Positions 33,028 to 39,493 of a DNA stretch of 39,493 nucleotides are shown here, piece by piece; position 1 is the stretch's first letter, and every line of letters begins with the position of its first letter. Made by a program: the position numbers and the translations under genes. Under the pieces are notes generated by a model. It saw only the letters and a program-made list of their open reading frames with translations. It made no database searches and was not told the origin of the DNA. Origin of the DNA: a virus; the IMG/VR virus record IMGVR_UViG_3300045988_085990, positions 1-39,493 of that record; one strand, 5' to 3'.

Positions 33028-34815
33028 TTAATCACTATCACCTGCCTTATTGTAGATACGCAACCCAGCTTCCTTCTGTCTTGCTTCGGAAAAACTAGAA
33101 ATACGTTTGAGATAACCAATGACCCGTGTCGCATAATCAATGTCTTTGGAACCACACTTTGTACAGTGATTTTCCGTATTGACATTGATAAAACCACAGT
33201 CATTACACAATGTCATGAGAACGTTAAATGTCCAATAATTTACTCCCAGCTTCCCTGCCATACAAATCAGTTCATACGCCTGTTCCTTAGACATAAGCTG
33301 TTCCAAATTGAGATGACAAGCAGAACCACCATCAAGCCACTGCGTATTTTCCTTTCCATGAAGTCTCAGTTTGTCGATAATGTTATAGGAGTCATCTTCT
33401 ACAGGGAAGAAATAGCTGTTGTAACATCCCCGTGGAACCTGCAAGCCATCTTCCTTGTCCCACTTTGCGTTTTTGACACCGAGGTTTTCGGCAGGTACAA
33501 ATTCAGTATTAAACTTAACACCTGTCAGCTTCTTCCACTCTTTGTTATTATCATAAATTTCCTTGAGATACTGAGAGAAGAAGGTTGTGTCGGCTTTACC
33601 TCGTTCAAACTCAGACGCTTCCAGCATCCCATTAATACCAATGGTGCAAAACTGCTTGTCTAAGCTAATAAATCCTGTAGAGTAAGCAGGAAGCAAGCCA
33701 CCTTCAATGTAGTCCTCGATGACAGCTCTGTGAGCCAAGAGGTACATATGGACTCGTCCAAGTAACTTTGAAAACGCTTCTTCCTTTGTCTGTACATAAC
33801 GATTCATATTGATCGTGATGACCTGTACGGAACCTGTAGACACCCCACCTGCACCCAATGTATAGGAGAATGTGTTGTCCGTGAACTCGTTACGCAAGCG
33901 ACAGCAGGAAGACAAAGAGTCTACACTATCACTCTCATAGACAAAGAAGCTCAGGCCCTTAGACATTTCCTCAGCACATGCCCATGCAAAATGTTTGTCT
34001 TTCGGTTTCCCTTCAGCATCCACCAAGAGGGAAGCGGTCAGTACGGGATACGTGAGTAACGCACGTTCTCGCTCTTGTCTAAACCATTCCATAAAGAACA
34101 TCTGCAATTTGCGGAATGTACCTTCGTATACAGGCTGTGTCCCGTCGGGAAACTTAAAGCCCCCAAACAGCTGCTCAAAGTAGAAACGGTCTAATACCGA
34201 GATATTCCAGAAGACACTCTGATTACCACGAGCAGAAGCAGGCTGATTCAAGGCATACACTACACCCTGCAAAGCCTGTCTAACATCCGCTGTATGCAAG
34301 TCAATGTAGTCATCTCCCCATGTCTTCTTTGCAAAATAATCAAAATACAAAAGGAACTCTACCGTAGCGATAGCCCCTGCAAATCCAGAAGCCACCTGAT
34401 ATACAAGGTTGACAAAGGAACCACAGAAACTATGGATGTTCCTTGGTGCTTCGCTTGTGCCTCCCAGCGGTTTCGTACCATGGAGTAGGAAGGGGAAAAG
34501 TGTGATAGACGCACAGTAAGGACGTAAGGAAGTTTCATCATGGATATAAATTCTATGTTCTTCGATGTCCTCAATGTACTTCTCAGCTAACTTCTCACCA
34601 TACATCTCCGTGAGTTTCCGCTGTACTAAAGCACGGTTTACCTGAATGGTATCAGGCTTATACATCTCAGCTTCCAAGATACCAATATTCTTTGTGTCTA
34701 CATTGGCATTAGCATCCACCAAGGAACCACTTGCACTGTTCTGACTGTGAATGTAGTGGTCAATGTATTTAATTTTCTCTTCAATCTGTTCTTTTGTTAA
34801 ATTAAGTAACGGCAT
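33028..34815 (-). CDS. nrdD: Anaerobic (class III) ribonucleoside-triphosphate reductase NrdD (595 aa)
   Basis: C-terminal zinc ribbon CNDCG...CTKCG followed by the glycyl-radical motif TRVIGYL. It is adjacent to the activase gene. Confidence 0.92.
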   Translation of the reverse strand: MPLLNLTKEQIEEKIKYIDHYIHSQNSASGSLVDANANVDTKNIGILEAEMYKPDTIQVNRALVQRKLTEMYGEKLAEKYIEDIEEHRIYIHDETSLRPYCASITLFPFLLHGTKPLGGTSEAPRNIHSFCGSFVNLVYQVASGFAGAIATVEFLLYFDYFAKKTWGDDYIDLHTADVRQALQGVVYALNQPASARGNQSVFWNISVLDRFYFEQLFGGFKFPDGTQPVYEGTFRKLQMFFMEWFRQERERALLTYPVLTASLLVDAEGKPKDKHFAWACAEEMSKGLSFFVYESDSVDSLSSCCRLRNEFTDNTFSYTLGAGGVSTGSVQVITINMNRYVQTKEEAFSKLLGRVHMYLLAHRAVIEDYIEGGLLPAYSTGFISLDKQFCTIGINGMLEASEFERGKADTTFFSQYLKEIYDNNKEWKKLTGVKFNTEFVPAENLGVKNAKWDKEDGLQVPRGCYNSYFFPVEDDSYNIIDKLRLHGKENTQWLDGGSACHLNLEQLMSKEQAYELICMAGKLGVNYWTFNVLMTLCNDCGFINVNTENHCTKCGSKDIDYATRVIGYLKRISSFSEARQKEAGLRIYNKAGDSD

Positions 34816-35032
34816 GTCTCACCTCTTTCTCCATGTCCTCCGCATAAATGCACGGAGACAAAGTTTTATCCCCTACAACTACGGTAGGAAACAGCTCAAA
34901 TTCTTTTGATTCAGTCACACACGTTACCTTAAAGGCTACGTTCGGAAATTTCTTGACTACCTTTGGAAGTCCTTTAAGAAGTGTGTCGCAATACATACAA
35001 TCTTTAATGACATAAATACTTACTTCCATCAT
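34802..35032 (-). CDS. Glutaredoxin/NrdH-like small redoxin (76 aa)
   Basis: CMYC (CxxC) near the N-terminus of a fold about 75 aa long. It lies between nrdG and nrdD. Confidence 0.7.
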   Translation of the reverse strand: MMEVSIYVIKDCMYCDTLLKGLPKVVKKFPNVAFKVTCVTESKEFELFPTVVVGDKTLSPCIYAEDMEKEVRHAVT

Positions 35033-35511
35033 TTGTCTCCCTTGTGAAATTTATAGTTCTGTACTTCGAGGAACAGCTGGTTCGTGTCGGGATTGTCCAG
35101 ACCTCCCAGCTCTTCTCTGTATGCACCCACTTTTACCCAGCGACAATACTTACAAGCTGTGAATAAATCCATAGCATCCCAAGCTCCCAAGTAGATACCA
35201 ATGTTGATACCTAAGTTGTGGAGAGGCTTCAGTACAGTCTCAGCAAATTCTTCAAAGTCCATGTGATTACGATTACCACCCATGAAGAGTACCGTATTGG
35301 TAACACTCTTGTAGCTCTTGATGAGAGACAAAAGCTCTTCGGATGTCAGTTCATTGCACTCATGTGTATCCCACAGGTAATCACTGTGACACCCCCTGCA
35401 ATGACATTCACATTTTCCTAAGTTGATGACCAGTGAGATTTTGTCAGGGATTTCATTCAGCGTGACACCATGAGAATACACAGGAATTTTAAAATTCTGC
35501 TTCATCATCAT
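35029..35511 (-). CDS. nrdG: Anaerobic RNR activating protein NrdG (radical SAM), 160 aa
   Basis: CxxxCxxC cluster within CECHCRGC. Size and adjacency to nrdD fit. Confidence 0.88.
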   Translation of the reverse strand: MMMKQNFKIPVYSHGVTLNEIPDKISLVINLGKCECHCRGCHSDYLWDTHECNELTSEELLSLIKSYKSVTNTVLFMGGNRNHMDFEEFAETVLKPLHNLGINIGIYLGAWDAMDLFTACKYCRWVKVGAYREELGGLDNPDTNQLFLEVQNYKFHKGDK

Positions 35512-37081
35512 CTTCCTTCTCTGCTATTTCCAAGCGATCTGTTTTTCTGTTGTATGTCAGGTAGCCTCCTATGCCAGTCTCACCTGTGAAGCGGTTTTTT
35601 AAGACACGTACACGAGTAGTGTTTCTCAGCTCTTCATTTGACTCCTGCTGGTTCCTTTCCAACCCCAGTACGATGTCTGAAAGTTGTGAGATAGCGTGGG
35701 AACCTCTGAGTTGTGCCAGTGAGGTAATACCACCTTCTTCATGAGACTTCTGAGAGTTGTCAGGTCTTCGCAAGTGTGATATGACAATCATACCCACCCC
35801 TGTCTCTTCTACAATGCTTCTCATCTGTGTCATGAGGTAGTCAATCAGTTTTCGCTCATTGTCCCCCTCCAATCCAGAGATAGCGATAGACACATGGTCG
35901 AGAACAATGAAGTCACACTCCTCAGAAATAGCTAAATATCGAATCTTGTTTAGTAAGTTGTCACCCTCAAGACTTCCAAAGTGATTGTAGAGTACGTAGT
36001 TTCCTGTCCCCAGTGTCTCATCAAATGCCTTCCGATACTCTTCTTCACTGATAGCGTGTCTTGAGAGGTGCAACCGTACACCCGTGTGTATAGACATAAG
36101 TCCCACAGAGGTACGCTTTACATTTTCCTCAAGCATCATGCATCCTACTTTGAGGTTTTTCTTGACCCCCAAGTCGTACATGATTTGCCTTACAAACGTT
36201 GTCTTGCCTACCCCTGTACCTGCGGTAACGACAACGAGTTCCCCCTTGCGGAGTCCCTTTGTCATGTCATTTAGCGGAATATCCCAAGGGTATGTATAGC
36301 TCATTTCGTCTTCTTCGCTGTCTATCATCTCCCATAAGTCAGCACCATTGACAATGCCGTCTGGTTTGTATGCCTTAGCGTTCCAAATAGCATTGACAAC
36401 TGACTGTCCCTTGTTAGCTAGTAGACACTCGTTAGGGTCTTTCATGGGCAAATTAGCCACCTTTAGACCCTTCAGAAGTCCAGCGCAATCTTTAACAGCT
36501 TTTCTACCGGCTTCGTCCATGTCAAACATCAAGATGACCTCATCAAACTGTGAGAGCCATTCCATGTTGTGTGTCAGGACTTTCTTTGCTGAGGCCACCC
36601 CACATGGGATAGACACAACTGGATACTTATTATTCTGTAATTGTGATACCGTGAGACAATCAATCTCACCCTCTGTAATAACTAACTTTCCTCTGCTCTC
36701 AAAAAGCTCTTGACCAAAGAAACGCTTAGATATTTTACCTAGTGTTTCAAAGGTTTTGTCTTGATACCTAACTTTCTGGCCTATCAGCTCCCCCGCATCG
36801 TCAAAATAACATGCGACCTGTACGGGCTTTCCATTGTGATACCCTGTATAATAGTGGTATTTTTCACACGTAGTCGACATGATTCCACGACGCTTTAAGG
36901 GGGTGATAGACAAAGAGGTAAGAGGAATCAAGTTTGTTGTATGTGAACCCTGTGCTACAGCTCCTCTAATGGTTTGACAAGAAAAACAATAGGTATGACC
37001 ATCGCTATACTCTGTCAAAGCATCAGAAGAACCGCAGTCAGGGCAAGGGAGGTGTGTTTTAATCGGTTCGCTGTAATTCAT
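35489..37081 (-). CDS. Primase-helicase, T7 gp4-like (530 aa)
   Basis: N-terminal zinc finger CPDCGSSD...CFSC. TOPRIM motif ITEGEIDC. Walker A motif TAGTGVGKTT. It has a DnaB-like C-terminal domain. Confidence 0.93.
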   Translation of the reverse strand: MNYSEPIKTHLPCPDCGSSDALTEYSDGHTYCFSCQTIRGAVAQGSHTTNLIPLTSLSITPLKRRGIMSTTCEKYHYYTGYHNGKPVQVACYFDDAGELIGQKVRYQDKTFETLGKISKRFFGQELFESRGKLVITEGEIDCLTVSQLQNNKYPVVSIPCGVASAKKVLTHNMEWLSQFDEVILMFDMDEAGRKAVKDCAGLLKGLKVANLPMKDPNECLLANKGQSVVNAIWNAKAYKPDGIVNGADLWEMIDSEEDEMSYTYPWDIPLNDMTKGLRKGELVVVTAGTGVGKTTFVRQIMYDLGVKKNLKVGCMMLEENVKRTSVGLMSIHTGVRLHLSRHAISEEEYRKAFDETLGTGNYVLYNHFGSLEGDNLLNKIRYLAISEECDFIVLDHVSIAISGLEGDNERKLIDYLMTQMRSIVEETGVGMIVISHLRRPDNSQKSHEEGGITSLAQLRGSHAISQLSDIVLGLERNQQESNEELRNTTRVRVLKNRFTGETGIGGYLTYNRKTDRLEIAEKEDDDEAEF

Positions 37082-37421
37082 CTTTGAACTCTTCCTCTAC
37101 TATGTCTGCATAGTCCTCGTGAAGCATCTTCACTAAATCATCCAGACGCTTTTTCTGTAAGTTCGATAGTGTGTCTTTAGATTCAGCGTCCACAAGGATA
37201 TAAACGCCACAAGCACTATAAGGAAGTTCGCTACCCCCGACTGCTTCAAAGGGTCGCATGAGGTCGAGTTCGCCATTTTTGAGAACTACAGCGTGAAACG
37301 GTAGCGAGAACGCTCCTTTTCTTCGTGCTTCCTTCAACAGTTCGGAGACAGTTTTTCCTTCTAGGTCTTTATAGACAAAGGAGTAGAAGAGTGTTTCTTC
37401 TCTGTCTCTGAATTTAAACAT
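37059..37421 (-). CDS. Degenerate T7 gp3.5 (lysozyme/amidase_2) homolog, truncated (120 aa); predicted catalytically inactive
   Basis: Collinear by-eye alignment with T7 lysozyme residues about 6-115 (FK.R, VSELLKEARRKG vs VREIRQWHKEQG, FHAVVLKNG vs YHFIIKRDG, AVGG vs AVGS). The Zn-ligand His is replaced by Ser. The C-terminal His/Lys/Cys segment is missing. It is syntenic between the gp3 and gp4 genes. Confidence 0.7.
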   Translation of the reverse strand: MFKFRDREETLFYSFVYKDLEGKTVSELLKEARRKGAFSLPFHAVVLKNGELDLMRPFEAVGGSELPYSACGVYILVDAESKDTLSNLQKKRLDDLVKMLHEDYADIVEEEFKDELQRTD

Positions 37422-37422
37422 G

Positions 37423-37893
37423 TCACTTTCCTTTCTTTTTTAGTTTGGGACTGATTTGTCCTTCTTCTTTAAACCAAGACTCAGGGATTGTGTTTCCAAT
37501 GTGGTACTTGAAGCCATTCTTCTCACACCACTTACTCGCTGTTGTCTTCAAACTTTGAAATTTAAAGTCTTTAGGGAAGACAAAGCGGATGTCGAGTTCT
37601 GGGTACTGTCGTTTTACCTTCAGCATCTTCCCTCGTGCTTCACTATCCAATGAGCCTCTGTAGAATCCTCCTCTTTTACCCACACGGACAAAGCCGCCTT
37701 CCCCATTCTTTGCCTCAACAATAATGCCGTTTGGCAAGACAAAATCAGGAGTGTACTTGTGCTTTACCGTGTACTCTAGGGAGAACTCTTCATAGTGATA
37801 TTCTTTCTTCTTCTTGTCAAGGTTAGCAGTAAGTGTGTCTTCATACTTACTTCGTTTTGTCTTAGCAGGTGTATGGAAACCACCTGTGAACAA
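37423..37893 (-). CDS. Endonuclease I (Holliday junction resolvase), T7 gp3-like (156 aa, TTG start)
   Basis: HKYTPDFVLPNGIIVEAK and QYPELDIRFVF ... KWCEKNGFKY ... IPESWFKE match T7 endonuclease I. Confidence 0.92.
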   Translation of the reverse strand: MFTGGFHTPAKTKRSKYEDTLTANLDKKKKEYHYEEFSLEYTVKHKYTPDFVLPNGIIVEAKNGEGGFVRVGKRGGFYRGSLDSEARGKMLKVKRQYPELDIRFVFPKDFKFQSLKTTASKWCEKNGFKYHIGNTIPESWFKEEGQISPKLKKKGK

Positions 37894-37894
37894 C

Positions 37895-38434
37895 TTAGAA
37901 GTCTACCTCGTCGTCCAGCGTGGTTTCTGTCTCATCATCCGTATCTCGCTTCTTAAATGTCAGTTCGTCAGAACCGTCTTTAGAATACTTAACGAGATTT
38001 GTAACCATCAAGCACTGAAGGTACAGGCGAACACCCCACTTCTTTGTGCTTTCATAGTACAGTTTGGGATTGACGACAACTTCTACGTCGGAACCATTGC
38101 CAATAAGAACGTCTTCGGGAATCAGTTCGCCGTATTCATTGTAGACAGGGATAACCTTCGATTTTTCTACCCCTGTTGCCTTGTCTTTATACACATGCTT
38201 AGTTTTAACCTTGACCATTTCCAGACCTGCGTCTGTAGTTTTAATCGGCATCGTGATGTCACCTAACATCTTCTTGCCTGCAAATTCTTCTTGACATTTA
38301 GCTTCAAAGTATGCCTTCATCTTTGCTAAGTTTTCGTCAGGCATCAAAACCTGCATCGAGAAGCCTACAGGCTGGCCGTTGTATGTTTCTGGTGTTCTAA
38401 TTTTTGCCCAATATGCTTTACCTTTAATTTTCAT
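37895..38434 (-). CDS. ssDNA-binding protein, T7 gp2.5-like (179 aa from the ATG at 38434)
   Basis: The acidic C-terminal tail ends in an aromatic residue (DDETETTLDDEVDF), as in gp2.5. AAGGAGA SD. It is syntenic before endonuclease I. The ORF-track upstream extension overlaps dut. Confidence 0.8.
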   Translation of the reverse strand: MKIKGKAYWAKIRTPETYNGQPVGFSMQVLMPDENLAKMKAYFEAKCQEEFAGKKMLGDITMPIKTTDAGLEMVKVKTKHVYKDKATGVEKSKVIPVYNEYGELIPEDVLIGNGSDVEVVVNPKLYYESTKKWGVRLYLQCLMVTNLVKYSKDGSDELTFKKRDTDDETETTLDDEVDF

Positions 38435-38936
38435 TTGCTTTTGTCTCCTTTGTTTCTGTGGTAGACCCAAAGCCACCACTGCGTTTTTTGTTTTGGATAG
38501 GGTTAATGTGTTTTCTTTCCTCTGTATGTGTGACAATTAATTCAAATCCCCACTTCAGGGTAGAAAAAGGCACTAATTGTGCTATCCGAGTACCACTTTT
38601 GATATGAATTGAGTTTTTAGACAAATTGTCAAGTAGTAAGCAGATTTCTCCTTTGTAGTCTGAGTCAATCAGACCGACGCCATTAGACAAACGGAGAGGA
38701 GTCTTCAGGCCAACACTTGACCGTAACATAATATGTACTTGCATCCCTTCAGGAATATCTAAAGAAAATCCCAAGGGGACTAATGTTCCTTTACCCCGAA
38801 TACTGAACGGCTCAATGACGACATCATCAGGGACAACAAGGTCTGCTCCTGCTGAACCCTGTGTCTTGATTTGAGGTACTTCAATGCCATCCCGTAAGGG
38901 TTTGAATACGATAGACAAAGGTTTTTTAGTCCTCAT
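38424..38936 (-). CDS. dut: dUTPase (170 aa from the ATG at 38936)
   Basis: Motifs GSAGADL, RSSVGLK, GLIDSDYKGEI, RIAQLV and C-terminal RSGGFGST. Confidence 0.92.
   Translation of the reverse strand: MRTKKPLSIVFKPLRDGIEVPQIKTQGSAGADLVVPDDVVIEPFSIRGKGTLVPLGFSLDIPEGMQVHIMLRSSVGLKTPLRLSNGVGLIDSDYKGEICLLLDNLSKNSIHIKSGTRIAQLVPFSTLKWGFELIVTHTEERKHINPIQNKKRSGGFGSTTETKETKANEN
38517..38540 (-). promoter_or_regulatory. Putative phage-RNAP promoter embedded in the dut coding sequence, upstream of the SSB gene
   Basis: Minus strand reads TTAATTGTCACACATACAGAGGAA, identical to copies 32-55 and 39381-39404. It is read in-frame as ELIVTHTEE between dUTPase motifs 4 and 5. Confidence 0.7.
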
Positions 38937-39351
38937 CTGCCAGTGCTTCACCTCTTTCAAGTTTTGCTAACCAATGCTCATAGACACGAATCTTGTCCAC
39001 CTCTTTCTGAATGTCGTCCTTGTGTCCCATGCGTAACCGGTATTTCAAAATGTTACCTTTGATGAAGCCTTTAAGTTCTTCTTTGGTAAACATCTTTTCC
39101 ATGACCTTGATAGGTTCGACAACAGCTTCTAAGTAGTGCTTGTCATGCTTGTCATGTTCTTCAACTTTCTGCACTCTGTCGTCACTGACAAGAATATACG
39201 TGTCAGTACCACGCAAGCGAACTTCATAGCACAAGACACCTGACAGCTCCATATGCCTCTGGATTTCTCCGTACACATAGTCATCATCAATGCCGTCAAA
39301 CTTACGCACATCGACACGGACTGTTTCATAATCACGCAAGACTTTCTTCAT
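38926..39351 (-). CDS. DUF3310-like protein with an extra N-terminal domain (141 aa)
   Basis: C-terminal EPIKVMEKMF...FIKGNILKYRLRMGHKDD...KIRVYEHWL resembles the DUF3310 signature. AAGGAGG SD. It is the first gene after the tandem promoters. Confidence 0.7.
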   Translation of the reverse strand: MKKVLRDYETVRVDVRKFDGIDDDYVYGEIQRHMELSGVLCYEVRLRGTDTYILVSDDRVQKVEEHDKHDKHYLEAVVEPIKVMEKMFTKEELKGFIKGNILKYRLRMGHKDDIQKEVDKIRVYEHWLAKLERGEALADED

Positions 39352-39380
39352 CTCGTTACCTCCTTGAAATTTTGTGTTCT

Positions 39381-39404
39381 TTCCTCTGTATGTGTGACAA
39401 TTAA
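39381..39404 (-). promoter_or_regulatory. Putative phage-RNAP promoter, immediately upstream of the first DNA-metabolism gene
   Basis: Minus strand reads TTAATTGTCACACATACAGAGGAA. It lies 30 nt upstream of the ATG at 39351. Confidence 0.75.
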
Positions 39405-39456
39405 TTTTGCCCTAGGAATACTTAGGAATACCTAACTATACTTACTCCTAAATAAT

Positions 39457-39493
39457 CTTCCTTTAGTTACTTAGGAATACTTAGGGGTTCCTC
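39457..39493. repeat. 37-nt terminal overlap (second copy of 1..37)
   Basis: Identical to nt 1-37. Confidence 0.95.

Noticed and set aside
32815-33663. Long plus-strand ORFs: 282 aa here, 255 aa at 15369-16136, 236 aa at 23874-24584, 160 aa at 10453-10935 and 150 aa at 37814-38266.
   Set aside because: All are antisense to minus-strand genes with strong homology-type evidence (NrdD/DNAP, gp16, capsid, endolysin, SSB). They have odd Cys/Phe/Leu-rich composition and no SD. They look like stop-poor antisense frames, not genes.
38435-38536. N-terminal extensions in the ORF track: SSB (to 38536), dut (to 38960), small terminase (to 9483), ORF 32874-33203, ORF 27581-27928 and ORF 29709-30401.
   Set aside because: Each extension overlaps the preceding gene or a terminator. 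An internal ATG with a proper SD is placed just at or after the upstream stop. Several extended starts are TTG or GTG codons without an SD.

Overview
The window is essentially one complete genome of a T7-like podophage that encodes a single-subunit RNA polymerase. It is circularly permuted (about 39.46 kb unique; nt 1-37 equal 39457-39493) and shown in reverse complement, so every credible gene is on the minus strand.

Gene order, read from high to low coordinates:
- Two tandem phage-type promoters.
- DNA metabolism genes: a DUF3310-like protein, dUTPase, a gp2.5-like SSB, endonuclease I, a degenerate gp3.5 lysozyme homolog, primase-helicase, NrdG, a small redoxin, NrdD, DNA polymerase, ThyX, the gp6 exonuclease and a GNAT.
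- Structural genes: portal, scaffold, capsid, tail tube A and B, internal virion proteins like gp14/15/16, and the tail fiber.
- Lysis genes: holin, a GH25 endolysin and a signal-peptide/C-terminal-TM coiled-coil protein.
- Terminase small and large subunits.
- A repeat-rich non-coding region of about 1.3 kb, probably the collapsed genome ends, containing two sigma70-type early promoters.
- Early genes: an 85-aa ORF, two very acidic proteins, a SprT-like metalloprotease and a 76-aa ORF.
- The T7-like RNAP gene and a terminator.

Most interesting observations:
1. A new phage-promoter consensus (TTAATTGTCACACATACAGAGGA) occurs in six copies. One sits directly upstream of the RNAP gene itself. 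One is embedded in-frame in the dUTPase CDS. One overlaps the terminase stop codon.
2. Two group I introns carry homing endonucleases. An HNH intron splits DNA polymerase motif C. A GIY-YIG intron splits the terminase large subunit. Both have hand-verifiable P1/P10 pairings.
3. A truncated gp3.5 lysozyme homolog has lost its amidase catalytic residues.
4. The early region has Ocr-like acidic proteins and conserved RNase III-site-like intergenic hairpins.
5. The genome carries an anaerobic nucleotide-metabolism module (NrdD, redoxin, NrdG, ThyX, Dut).

I found no tRNA, rRNA or CRISPR array. All homology statements rest on by-eye comparison with remembered T7 protein sequences and motifs, not on database searches.
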